Origin: a virus
Lineage: Duplodnaviria > Caudoviricetes
DNA length: 24,285 nt
Virus record (IMG/VR): IMGVR_UViG_3300023213_000033
Location: 1 to 24,285 of that record
Reading direction: 5' to 3' (one strand)
This document shows, one piece after another, positions 1 to 6,260 of the stretch; position 1 is the first letter of the stretch, and each line of letters begins with the position of its first letter. The notes beneath the pieces are model-generated. The model saw nothing but the letters and a program-made list of their open reading frames with translations. It had not been told where the DNA came from and ran no database searches. Both the position numbers and the translations under genes were made by a program.

Positions 1-2
1 CC

Positions 3-383
3 GCCCGCCGGCCGTGGTTTGCCGGGCCTGTAGCGGTTCGACTGGCCTTCTACTTCCTTCGCCCGAAGAGTAACCGCAATTCGCACCACGTTGTCAGGCC
101 TGACCTAGACAAACTTTGCAGAGCCGTACTGGACGGCTTGAAAGAGGGGGGTGTCTTCCATGACGATTCCCAGGTGTGCAGCCTTGTCGCCACCAAGCAG
201 TACGGCAAGGACAAGCCGGGATGTGAGATTGAGGTTTGCTCCTTGCAAGAAGAAGAGCAACCCGTCTTTCTACTCCGCACTCTGCCGGCGCGAAGCGATC
301 CGCCAAGCATTGCTAGAGCTCGAGACAAGCAGCGATCTGCTCCAACAGGCACTAGCAGCCAGTTGGCTATTGAGGGAATATGA
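3..383 (+). CDS. rusA: RusA-family Holliday junction resolvase (5' truncated by window edge)
   Basis: Frame is open from position 3 and reads ...GPVAVRLAFYFLRPKS...RPDLDKLCRAVLDGLKEGGVFHDDSQV..., matching the RusA PDxDN/K...D...DDxQV catalytic pattern. Confidence 0.88.
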   Translation, partial: ARRPWFAGPVAVRLAFYFLRPKSNRNSHHVVRPDLDKLCRAVLDGLKEGGVFHDDSQVCSLVATKQYGKDKPGCEIEVCSLQEEEQPVFLLRTLPARSDPPSIARARDKQRSAPTGTSSQLAIEGI

Positions 384-826
384 TCGTACTCGAGGAGCTA
401 GCGCTTGCGGCGCTGAACGAAGCGAGCATGAGAATAGCCTCGGCCGGCAAGAGGTTTCGCCGGGATATCCTGGGACAACTCGAGCGCAACCCAGACCTGA
501 AACTTACGAAGAACCAAGCGCTCTACCTGTGGTATCTGGTGGACATGTACCGCCGGCAGATACCAGACCCGGAGCTTAAACGACATGGAGCTTTTCGAAA
601 ACTCACAGGAGAACTCCCAGACATCTACCGAGAGGGCGACCTCCGCCCACCCGTCGCCCACACGTCGAAACTCATTGAACGAAACGGAAATTTGCCCTGC
701 CTCCACAGAGTCTTCCACCCGCCCTGTACTCGAGGGCGAAAACTTAGATGCAGTCGTGAAGCGGGCCATGAAGGTTACCACCTGGTCTGTTGCCCAACCC
801 ACCCGGGTTGTAAGCTCGAATGGTAA
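380..826 (+). CDS. Hypothetical protein with C-terminal Cys/His-rich segment
   Basis: GAGGG RBS and ATGA overlap with the rusA stop; C-terminus has C..C.R.AGHEGYH..CC..H..C. Confidence 0.65.
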   Translation: MIVLEELALAALNEASMRIASAGKRFRRDILGQLERNPDLKLTKNQALYLWYLVDMYRRQIPDPELKRHGAFRKLTGELPDIYREGDLRPPVAHTSKLIERNGNLPCLHRVFHPPCTRGRKLRCSREAGHEGYHLVCCPTHPGCKLEW

Positions 827-1061
827 GTATGAGGCCAGCCGATTCCAGCCAGTCCCAGGACCGTGGGAGCCGTGGTATTGGACGCTAGTCGAACTCGAGA
901 CGAACAAGGTTCTAACGGCGCGGTATGAGTGCCCGCATTGCGGCCGGCAGTTCCACGGCAGCGGAGTTTGTGAGGAGCACTGCAAAGGGAAAGTAGGAAG
1001 CTTTGGACCGACATGCCCGAAGATGAATCCAATCCGCGGTGGGAAGGTGAACGAGCGTTAG
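768..1061 (+). CDS. Hypothetical protein with CPHC...C..HC motif (start uncertain; frame open from 585)
   Basis: Fills the gap between neighbouring genes and has a zinc-finger-like CPHCG; overlaps the upstream ORF and lacks a clear RBS. Confidence 0.4.
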   Translation: MKVTTWSVAQPTRVVSSNGKYEASRFQPVPGPWEPWYWTLVELETNKVLTARYECPHCGRQFHGSGVCEEHCKGKVGSFGPTCPKMNPIRGGKVNER

Positions 1062-1195
1062 AAGAAGCGAAGGCGCTCGAGGAGTACATCCCCTTCTGCT
1101 TGTTCTGGTGCGCGGCCTGCGAGAAGTATGCCCAGACGATCCACAAGCACGAGGAATGGAAGAAGCCCAAGAAAAAGAAATCAAAGAACCTATGA
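1013..1195 (+). CDS. Small hypothetical protein, CxxC motif and Lys-rich tail
   Basis: WCAACEKY motif; its TGA stop overlaps the ATG of the HNH gene (ATGA). Confidence 0.5.
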   Translation: MPEDESNPRWEGERALEEAKALEEYIPFCLFWCAACEKYAQTIHKHEEWKKPKKKKSKNL

Positions 1196-1851
1196 AACTA
1201 CTGCATTGCAAAATTTGTAAAAAGGAATTTTTCCGAAGCCCGAGCAGATCCGGTCATCGGAATTACTGCTCAAGAGAATGCTTCTACGAAGGTTGGAGAA
1301 AGCGCGGACTACCGCAGCGATGGAAGCGGCTTCGCTGTCCGAATTGCAAAGGCTGGTTTAAGCGCCGCATGGGGAACGTTAGATTCAAAGGCGCTCATCA
1401 GAAGCGGCAATTTTGTTCGCTGCGATGCGCAGGGGAGTTTCATACTGGCCCGCGCTCGGCGCGCTGGCTAGGCGGTCGCACGACCACGAACTATAAGCGC
1501 ATCCAATCGGCAGCATGGCGGCGAATTAGACAAGCGGTCGTACAACGAGATTGCGGTGTCTGCCAAATCTGTGGCGCGGTTCAATCAGAAGGCCATCCAT
1601 TTCATACCGATCACGTTATACCGCACATCTTCGTAAACTCATTAGCGCCAGGCCGCGAAGACGACATCGAAAACTTGGCACTCCTTTGCCCAAGCCATCA
1701 CGGCAGAAAGTCCAAAGCCGAGCGACGCCTAACGAACGGAGATTTTCTAGCTTGGAAACAAGAACTATCCATTTTGGGCTATCCTCCCGCAATCATAGAC
1801 CGGGCATGGGCGCATCTCTCTTCATGCAAGATTTTACATAAAAAGACTTGA
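1192..1851 (+). CDS. HNH endonuclease with N-terminal zinc-finger repeats (probable homing endonuclease)
   Basis: CKIC..YCSREC and CPNC..FCSLRC repeats, then RD..CQICG...HTDHVIP...NLALLCPSHH; ATG at 1192 is coupled to the upstream stop. Confidence 0.9.
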   Translation: MKLLHCKICKKEFFRSPSRSGHRNYCSRECFYEGWRKRGLPQRWKRLRCPNCKGWFKRRMGNVRFKGAHQKRQFCSLRCAGEFHTGPRSARWLGGRTTTNYKRIQSAAWRRIRQAVVQRDCGVCQICGAVQSEGHPFHTDHVIPHIFVNSLAPGREDDIENLALLCPSHHGRKSKAERRLTNGDFLAWKQELSILGYPPAIIDRAWAHLSSCKILHKKT

Positions 1852-1877
1852 CAAGCTTTTGCGGTTTATGGTAAATA
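1848..1877 (+). promoter_or_regulatory. sigma70-like promoter P1
   Basis: Perfect TTGACA (1848-1853), 18-nt spacer, TGn-TAAATA (imperfect -10), AT-rich upstream; context resembles P2. Confidence 0.6.
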
Positions 1878-1885
1878 TCGCATAA
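1866..1885. promoter_or_regulatory. Operator-like palindrome TTATG-N10-CATAA
   Basis: TTATG GTAAATATCG CATAA; same arms and spacing at 3641-3660; one-mismatch copy at 1822-1841. Confidence 0.6.
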
Positions 1886-1920
1886 CCTCGGATTGACACC
1901 CGAGGGCAAACTGGAGGAAA
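1886..1920 (+). promoter_or_regulatory. Leader hairpin + RBS motif, copy 1
   Basis: Stem CCTCGG/CCGAGG, loop ATTGACAC, then GCAAACTGGAGGAAA before ATG 1925. Confidence 0.7.
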
Positions 1921-1924
1921 AATA

Positions 1925-2113
1925 ATGGCAAAGCAAACAATTACTTTAGATCAGGTTATGCAAGCTGTGGAATCCGGCGATTCAATCGGATTCTGCGTTG
2001 CATGCGGCGCGGAAACTGACGGAGTAGAACCCGACGCACGCAATTACAAGTGTGATGAATGCGGCGCGAATAAAGTGTTCGGTGCCGAGGAGTTGCTTAT
2101 CCGAATGGCATAG
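1925..2113 (+). CDS. Small zinc-ribbon phage protein
   Basis: Strong GGAGG RBS; GFCVACG...VEPDARNYKCDECG..KVFGAEELL (two CxxC pairs). Confidence 0.85.
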   Translation: MAKQTITLDQVMQAVESGDSIGFCVACGAETDGVEPDARNYKCDECGANKVFGAEELLIRMA

Positions 2114-2191
2114 GTTTGGCGTCCCCGGGAAGTTCTCCTGGGTGGCCGGCCCTTGGGCCTGCGACCTGGGAGAGCATCTCAAGCTCCCAAA

Positions 2192-2229
2192 GCCTAGCAC
2201 TGACAAGCTGGGCAAACTTGGAGGAAAAC
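2192..2229 (+). promoter_or_regulatory. Leader hairpin + RBS motif, copy 2
   Basis: Stem GCCTAGC/GCTGGGC (one U-G pair), loop ACTGACAA, then AAACTTGGAGGAAAAC before ATG 2230. Confidence 0.7.
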
Positions 2230-2391
2230 ATGAACAAGAAAGCATTAACTCCCCTCGAGGCGGAATTACTGCTTGCGTTGGCGCATCTACTCGACGCGGC
2301 GTACTGTCTCGGCGCGGACCAAGAGGCAATGCCGATCCTATACGCTCGAGAGATTATCGAGCGCGAATCGGGGGCGGCGAATGCCTCTTGA
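2230..2391 (+). CDS. Small hypothetical protein (MNKKALTPLEAELL...)
   Basis: GGAGG RBS ahead of ATG 2230; 53 aa. Confidence 0.75.
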   Translation: MNKKALTPLEAELLLALAHLLDAAYCLGADQEAMPILYAREIIERESGAANAS

Positions 2392-2557
2392 GACTAACCT
2401 TACATACCTAACCGAAATGGAACTGCAGCTTTCCGCTTCGGAAAAGGAATCTTTCATCAACTATTTAATCGGCGCCTTGTCTGGCAAGATGTCCGCTGAG
2501 GATTGGCGCAAAGCGATTGCGCTTGCGTCCTATCTCGCGACTAGGGGGCGACCATGA
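2381..2557 (+). CDS. Small hypothetical protein (MPLETNLTYL...)
   Basis: ATG 2381 overlaps the previous gene's end; its stop overlaps the next ATG (ATGA). Confidence 0.65.
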   Translation: MPLETNLTYLTEMELQLSASEKESFINYLIGALSGKMSAEDWRKAIALASYLATRGRP

Positions 2558-2835
2558 AAGCTATATTCTGCCGTTACCACGGGCCGACTGCAACCAAGCC
2601 GGCGCGGATATCGTGCTTCGACTCCGACAAAAACCGTATTGTGGTGTCTTGGGACAGCAACATCTTCCCCATGAACCACAACCTAAACAGAGAAGAGAAC
2701 TACTGGCGCGCCGTCAAGGCGCTCTGCCGAAAGATGCATTGGTCTGGCATCCTCGCCATGGGCGAAGGCTACGGTTCGATCATGGTCTTTGTCTGGGTAG
2801 AACCTCGAGTTATGGGAGCGATTAGCCATGACTAA
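2554..2835 (+). CDS. Hypothetical phage protein (MKAIFCRYHGPT..PARI type)
   Basis: AGGGGG RBS and ATGA coupling; N-terminal pattern recalled from small phage early proteins. Confidence 0.8.
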   Translation: MKAIFCRYHGPTATKPARISCFDSDKNRIVVSWDSNIFPMNHNLNREENYWRAVKALCRKMHWSGILAMGEGYGSIMVFVWVEPRVMGAISHD

Positions 2836-3133
2836 AACCAAACGCCTAAGACTCGCGATCACAGAACTGCAGTTCGCCGCGCTCGAGGGCGTACTCGACC
2901 GGGGATACTTCGATGCTTGGGATTATCTTCTGAGCGTCCACGCCAAGCTAGACTATGGCGACCAATACCCAGTAATCTGCAGACAGAATGCCTCCCAGTT
3001 TCGGGAGTTGGTCACTCTGCTTTATAGCCTCGGCTGGCCTGAACAAAGCCGGCGTGATTGGCTCGACCTCGCGGAAAGACTTGAAAAGCTGGCAGACCTA
3101 GCGGAAAGAGAGGCGGCCAATGTCAATTCCTGA
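2828..3133 (+). CDS. Hypothetical protein
   Basis: GGGAG RBS, overlaps previous stop, protein-like composition. Confidence 0.75.
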   Translation: MTKTKRLRLAITELQFAALEGVLDRGYFDAWDYLLSVHAKLDYGDQYPVICRQNASQFRELVTLLYSLGWPEQSRRDWLDLAERLEKLADLAEREAANVNS

Positions 3134-3239
3134 ACTAGCGTTCTGGGCGACCGTGGCATATCTTTGGATCGGCTCGATTGGCGCCTGCCTATCATGCAAG
3201 TTCGCTGACTTGGTCTTGAAGCGGCGCAACCTGCCCTAA
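3120..3239 (+). CDS. 39-aa putative membrane peptide (MSIPELAFWATVAYLWIGSIGACLSCKFADLVLKRRNLP)
   Basis: Translated by hand (below the ORF-track cut-off); GAGAGG RBS; hydrophobic stretch followed by KRR. Confidence 0.55.
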   Translation: MSIPELAFWATVAYLWIGSIGACLSCKFADLVLKRRNLP

Positions 3240-3293
3240 TCCGCACCAGGGCAGGCCTCCGGCGTCGCAGATAGCGGTGGGCCGTCACCCTCA

Positions 3294-3533
3294 TTGAGCG
3301 TCCGTGAAGCGCTCAGAAAGGCGTTACCTGTGCGTTACCTGGCAAACCTGTGGGCCGTTTATTGGCACATCCAACTCGTAGCCTGGGCCTTAAGCATTGG
3401 CTTCGGGCCGTTCTCTTATGCTTGGCAAGAGATTAAGACACGGCGCGCATTTCTTCGCCGGCAGAGCTGGGCAGACTTTCAGAAGCGTATCGACGAGGAA
3501 TGCGCAGCCTGGGCTCGAGAACCCCGGATGTAA
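3294..3533 (+). CDS. Hypothetical protein with hydrophobic segment
   Basis: TTG start without a clear RBS; Trp-rich hydrophobic core; fills the gap before P2. Confidence 0.4.
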   Translation: MSVREALRKALPVRYLANLWAVYWHIQLVAWALSIGFGPFSYAWQEIKTRRAFLRRQSWADFQKRIDEECAAWAREPRM

Positions 3534-3631
3534 TACCTCGAGGGCCTGCCGGCACGTTCGCCTAATAGCTTCCTATTGCGATATTTCCACGTCATACCGT
3601 TAAATAAACGCAAAAGGACATAAGAAAGTGC

Positions 3632-3661
3632 TTGACAAGTTTATGGAGAAAACCCCATAAT
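3632..3661 (+). promoter_or_regulatory. sigma70-like promoter P2 with overlapping TTATG-N10-CATAA palindrome (3641-3660)
   Basis: TTGACA (3632-3637), 18-nt spacer, CATAAT (3656-3661); A-rich upstream region. Confidence 0.72.
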
Positions 3662-3668
3662 CTTTCTA

Positions 3669-3705
3669 GGCGCGGCCTGACAACCGGCGCCAAACTGGAG
3701 GAAAC
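3669..3705 (+). promoter_or_regulatory. Leader hairpin + RBS motif, copy 3
   Basis: Stem GGCGC-GG / CC-(G)-GCGCC, loop CCTGACAA, then AAACTGGAGGAAAC before ATG 3706. Confidence 0.7.
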
Positions 3706-3867
3706 ATGGATAACCTGGTACTGAATGCGCTGGCCTACATCCTGGGCTTTGCCGTTCAGAAGTATGCAGAGAATCGCTGGCCGGCTATCAACTGGGATAC
3801 GCTCGGGCTGATCGCCGGCGGCGCCGCAATAGGTTACGACCTGGCGTGCTTTGTGGTGCGCCCATGA
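3706..3867 (+). CDS. 53-aa putative membrane protein (MDNLVLNALAYILGFAVQKY...LGLIAGGAAIGYDLACFVVRP)
   Basis: Translated by hand; strong GGAGG RBS; two hydrophobic segments; ATGA overlap with next gene. Confidence 0.75.
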   Translation: MDNLVLNALAYILGFAVQKYAENRWPAINWDTLGLIAGGAAIGYDLACFVVRP

Positions 3868-4055
3868 CATACGGTTACCGAAAGCTCGATTCATTTGGCG
3901 AAACATTCTTTCGCATCCTCGAGCGTGCCACGGCAAGCGATGCGTGGGCCGTTGTGCGTGGCACGTTCGATTACTCCCGGGAGGAAGACGCAATCCGCAA
4001 GGTTGACGAGCTAAACCGCGGATCGTCGGCGCCTCCAACTACTCCTATTCCTTGA
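3864..4055 (+). CDS. Small hypothetical protein (MTYGYRKLDSF...)
   Basis: ATG 3864 coupled to the upstream TGA; last gene before the terminator. Confidence 0.65.
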   Translation: MTYGYRKLDSFGETFFRILERATASDAWAVVRGTFDYSREEDAIRKVDELNRGSSAPPTTPIP

Positions 4056-4084
4056 AAGAGCAGTAAAGCTCTTCTCTTCTCTTC

Positions 4085-4118
4085 AGGCGCCGCGTTTCTT
4101 GCGGCGCCTCTTCTGTTT
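4085..4118 (+). terminator. Intrinsic terminator closing the small-gene cluster
   Basis: 9-bp stem AGGCGCCGC/GCGGCGCCT followed by pyrimidine-rich CTTCTGTTT. Confidence 0.65.
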
Positions 4119-4707
4119 CCTCCTCTGAATCTGCTAGCTTCACCTCGGTGCCATCTTCGAAGCTTTCTATATCAAAACCTGAACGATCGGCAAAAGGAAG
4201 GGAGCCGACCGCGTTTCCGCGTTTAGGCGTTTTTGCGCTCTGGTGTGCCGAGGAGTAAGCTGCCGGCGAGGAAGGGGCGGGCTTGGCGCGGCGCAGTGGA
4301 GGCCGGGCGGGCTCGAGGAAGGGGGCGGGCGATGAACGCGGGAGGGGTTGTCGGCAGTGCTAGCAGTGCATGCGTGGTAGTGGCGTGCCGGCGCGGGCGC
4401 TGGGCGGAGGAAGGTCTGTACGTCTGCTGGCGCCATGCGGCGCGGTTGTGTTGCTCGAAGCTTAGGCTCCCGGCGCGGGCTGGGATTGCCGGTGCCCCAT
4501 CGGATCAGCCTGAAGGTAAAGACGGAGGAATGGGGAAGACGTTGCCGGCCGTTGTCCGGGGCGCGCAGTCTCCGGCCGTCGCGGCGCCGTCAGTCTCGGC
4601 GGTCGTCGCCGCGGGCCTCCGCTGGTTCACGCCGCATTCAGGGGTAGGACCCCGGTAGGCACCCCCTCCTTTCGTAATTGTGCCAACGCGACGCCGAGGA
4701 GGTAGCT

Positions 4708-4863
4708 ATGAATCTTTTCCTGAAAAGGGTCTTTTTTGGGGCTATCTCTTTACTTTTCATAGTGGGTGGGATATATAAACAGGGGAAAGGGCAGTTTAGG
4801 CACGTTTCAAGGGCGGGGGGCGTGCTGCAGCTCTCGGGAATGCGTGAGGGAGGGGCATCATAG
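4708..4863 (+). CDS. 51-aa putative membrane peptide
   Basis: GAGGAGG RBS; hydrophobic VFFGAISLLFIVGGIY; TAG stop overlaps the proposed ATA start of the methyltransferase. Confidence 0.45.
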   Translation: MNLFLKRVFFGAISLLFIVGGIYKQGKGQFRHVSRAGGVLQLSGMREGGAS

Positions 4864-5849
4864 TACACGGTAGTTTATTTGCGGGCATAGGAGGATTCGA
4901 TCTTGGGTTTGAGCGCGCAGGAATTGGAACTATGTGGCAGGTTGAGCTTGACCCCTACTGTCGCCGAGTGTTGGAAAAACACTTTCCTCGAGCCGAGCGA
5001 TTCGAGGATGTGCGAACGGTTGGAAAGCGCAACTTGCCTTGGGTTGACATCATCAGCGGAGGTTTTCCTTGCCAAGACATCTCGAACGCCGGCAAGCGAG
5101 CGGGAATCGATGGCGAGCGAAGCGGCTTGTGGTCCGAGTATGCGCGAATCGTTCGCGAACTACGACCCCGCTACGTCGTCGTGGAGAACGTCGCAGCTTT
5201 GCTTGGACGGGGAATGGAGCGAGTTCTCGGAGACTTGGCCGCGTGCGGGTATGACGCGGAATGGCAAAGCATACGAGCTTCCGATGTTGGCGCCCCGCAC
5301 AGAAGAGAACGAATCTGGATTGTGGCGTACTCCAATGGCTCGGGACCATCATCCGAATGGAACAGGATTTTTGCCTGGCAGGACAACGCAGTTAGCGCAT
5401 CAAGTGGAGCGCTGGCCAACCCCGAAGAGTTCAGCGGCGAACTACGGCCAGCCGAGGGAAAACGATCGAGGGGATTTGCAGGCAGCGGTACGGATGTGGC
5501 CGACGCCACAAGCACACGATGCGACGGGCGGACGCGGCAAGAACAATCTGTTCGCGGACGGTCATTACTATCCTCACGATTTAGCGGATGCGGTACGGAT
5601 GTGGCCGACACCGATGGCGAGAGACTGCCGCAGCGGTTCCGTGCAGCAGTGGGAACGCCATCAGGGAACACGGAACCTGAACGATTACATAGCATTGGAA
5701 AAGAATGGTGGGCAGTTGAACCCGACGTGGGTCGAGTGGCTCATGGGATACCCGCCAGGGTGGACCGACTTAGAGGACTTGGCAACGGCATCGTCCCGCA
5801 AATCGCGGAATGGATCGGAAGGAGAATTTTAGCGCATGGATCACATTAA
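4860..5849 (+). CDS. DNA (cytosine-5) methyltransferase, main (alpha-like) polypeptide; apparent ATA start
   Basis: Motif I SLFAGIGG is encoded at 4872-4895, upstream of the first ATG; motif IV GGFPCQD, VI VENV, VIII PHRRERIWIV and X LGNGIVP are present. Confidence 0.92.
   Translation: MVHGSLFAGIGGFDLGFERAGIGTMWQVELDPYCRRVLEKHFPRAERFEDVRTVGKRNLPWVDIISGGFPCQDISNAGKRAGIDGERSGLWSEYARIVRELRPRYVVVENVAALLGRGMERVLGDLAACGYDAEWQSIRASDVGAPHRRERIWIVAYSNGSGPSSEWNRIFAWQDNAVSASSGALANPEEFSGELRPAEGKRSRGFAGSGTDVADATSTRCDGRTRQEQSVRGRSLLSSRFSGCGTDVADTDGERLPQRFRAAVGTPSGNTEPERLHSIGKEWWAVEPDVGRVAHGIPARVDRLRGLGNGIVPQIAEWIGRRILAHGSH
5008..5832 (+). CDS. Overlapping alternative-frame methyltransferase partner (beta-like; WPTP repeats and motif IX-like segment); start uncertain, frame open from 4903
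   Basis: Open for about 930 nt inside the MTase gene; four W[RP]TP modules; ends with GQLNPTWVEWLMGYPPGWT, resembling the motif IX that the main frame lacks. Confidence 0.75.
   Translation: MCERLESATCLGLTSSAEVFLAKTSRTPASERESMASEAACGPSMRESFANYDPATSSWRTSQLCLDGEWSEFSETWPRAGMTRNGKAYELPMLAPRTEENESGLWRTPMARDHHPNGTGFLPGRTTQLAHQVERWPTPKSSAANYGQPRENDRGDLQAAVRMWPTPQAHDATGGRGKNNLFADGHYYPHDLADAVRMWPTPMARDCRSGSVQQWERHQGTRNLNDYIALEKNGGQLNPTWVEWLMGYPPGWTDLEDLATASSRKSRNGSEGEF
5485..5609 (+). repeat. 20-bp exact direct repeat GCGGTACGGATGTGGCCGAC (5485-5504, 5590-5609)
   Basis: Read directly; encodes AVRMWPT in the second frame. Confidence 0.9.
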
Positions 5850-6114
5850 GAAGGGGTATGGGTGGAGGAGCAGTGGGGTGCCGCAGCAGTGGAAGGTGAC
5901 GAGGCAGGGAAAGAGATTGTGGAGCTGGCGAACGGTTTGGGTTAGTTTTAGGGCTCCGAGGGCGCCGGTTGACGAGCGTGGTATGATACCGCGGAAAGTC
6001 AGAAGCGCGATGGCGCGAGCGAAGTTTAAGCGGGAGGGGCGGTGGCGAAATTTATCCAGCACGCAATCAAGCATCCCGGAAGGCTCACAGAAGCCGCGGC
6101 AAGAAGCGGAGTAA
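5836..6114 (+). CDS. Basic hypothetical protein
   Basis: GGAG upstream of ATG; overlaps the next gene by 73 nt. Confidence 0.45.
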   Translation: MDHIKKGYGWRSSGVPQQWKVTRQGKRLWSWRTVWVSFRAPRAPVDERGMIPRKVRSAMARAKFKREGRWRNLSSTQSSIPEGSQKPRQEAE

Positions 6115-6260
6115 GCAAGAGGCAGAAGGCGGAAGAGTGGAGTCATTCGGACGATCCAAGTAAGCGCGGGGCGGGGAATCTTGGGTTGCGATTTATGAAG
6201 GGCGGGGACATACACGCGAGTCATGGGCATGTAAGCCCATCGAGGAAACATGGACGGTAG
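6042..6260 (+). CDS. Small basic phage protein (KFIQHAIKHPG type)
   Basis: GGGAGGGG RBS and GTG start; N-terminal pattern recalled from small proteins near phage head genes. Confidence 0.75.
   Translation: MAKFIQHAIKHPGRLTEAAARSGVSKRQKAEEWSHSDDPSKRGAGNLGLRFMKGGDIHASHGHVSPSRKHGR

Noticed and set aside
2114-2190. tRNA gene
   Set aside because: Hairpin-rich and ends near CCA, but has no T-loop (TTCGA), D-loop or cloverleaf geometry.
3120-3533. Stop-codon readthrough joining ORF 3120-3239 to in-frame ORF 3294-3533
   Set aside because: A single TAA separates them, but TAA terminates many genes here, so there is no sign of recoding; being in frame is a one-in-three coincidence.
4167-4658. ORFs 4167-4436(-), 4233-4658(+) and 4435-4647(+)
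   Set aside because: Low-complexity Arg/Gly/Pro/Ala translations of G-rich DNA with no convincing RBS.
4749-4777. Promoter TTTACT-N17-TATATA upstream of the methyltransferase
   Set aside because: Both hexamers are imperfect and the -10 lacks the conserved final T; too weak to call.
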